A stretch of DNA of 63,025 nucleotides, filler included, from Rhabdomonas costata (taxonomy: Eukaryota): the NCBI GenBank assembly GCA_019059605.1. It is 44 parts of 44 records of this genome, joined end to end, with 100 filler letters (N's around TTAATTAATTAA, not from the genome) between each part and the next. Parts side by side here need not be neighbours in the genome. Positions count along the whole stretch, not along the records: positions 61,692 to 63,025 come from JAHMHO010019063.1; 43 more parts are not named here. The stretch is one strand, 5' to 3'. Shown one piece after another: positions 62,585 through 63,025 of this stretch. Under the pieces are notes generated by a model that did no database searches, was not told the origin of the DNA, and worked only from the letters and a program-made list of their open reading frames with translations. The position numbers and the translations under genes are program-made. Positions within the stretch are counted from its first letter, which is position 1. Every line of letters starts with the position of its first letter.

Positions 62585-63025
62585 GTCCGCCCCCCTGCTC
62601 TCCCTCTCTCCTATTCCTCTGAAACACCGTTTCCGCTTCTACTTCCACATCCATTACATACATTGCACATGCGGGGTAGAACGGTGCTGCCGTGCGATTG
62701 TTGGGCGGTTCCGGCAAGGGAGACCCTGAGAGCTTGGGTGTGTAGGGAACCCCTCGGCCTAAACAAACCAGGAATAAGGCTGTCCGTTGGAACCCAAAGT
62801 TCCTGAAGGTCTGGCCACCTCACTCTTGCAGCATCCGGTTTAATCAAAAGATAGTTTTGATCGGGAAATATAGGAATAGAAAATATAGGCATTTGTTCCA
62901 CGGTGAATAAAACTGAGGCTTTGCTATTTCAGCTGGAACTGTGCCAGTGCGTCTTGGATGACATTTTTATTATTGTACGAGATTGATATGGCAACCCCCC
63001 CCCCGAAATAATTTGCAACAAGCGG

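Overview
This window is not a contiguous locus. It is about 44 unrelated contigs of ~1.33 kb joined by an artificial 100-nt spacer (N44-TTAATTAATTAA-N44), so neighbouring genes are not linked. Contig ends carry G/T-only and A/C-only tracts and several fold-back hairpins, which points to whole-genome amplification, probably of a single cell. The DNA is from an intron-rich eukaryote. Short GC3-rich exons with unusually degenerate GT (and some GC) donors, plus a wax-ester synthase, suggest a euglenid or euglenozoan (inference). Recognisable gene fragments: a TPC-like channel, Moco sulfurase, PTPA, a histidine phosphatase, AP-3 beta, an alpha-kinase, a bacterial-type GH43 xylosidase, GDT1/TMEM165, an SDR, TPR, U-box, PPR, rhodanese, a RAMA-like domain protein and WS/DGAT. 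Mobile DNA comprises two copies of a retrotransposon Gag family and probable hAT and tyrosine-recombinase relics. No rRNA, tRNA, CRISPR array or multi-gene system can be supported. The best leads are the RAMA-like domain, the non-standard splice donors, the intron-bearing GH43 and the tyrosine-recombinase relics. All family calls come from motif recognition by eye, with no database search.
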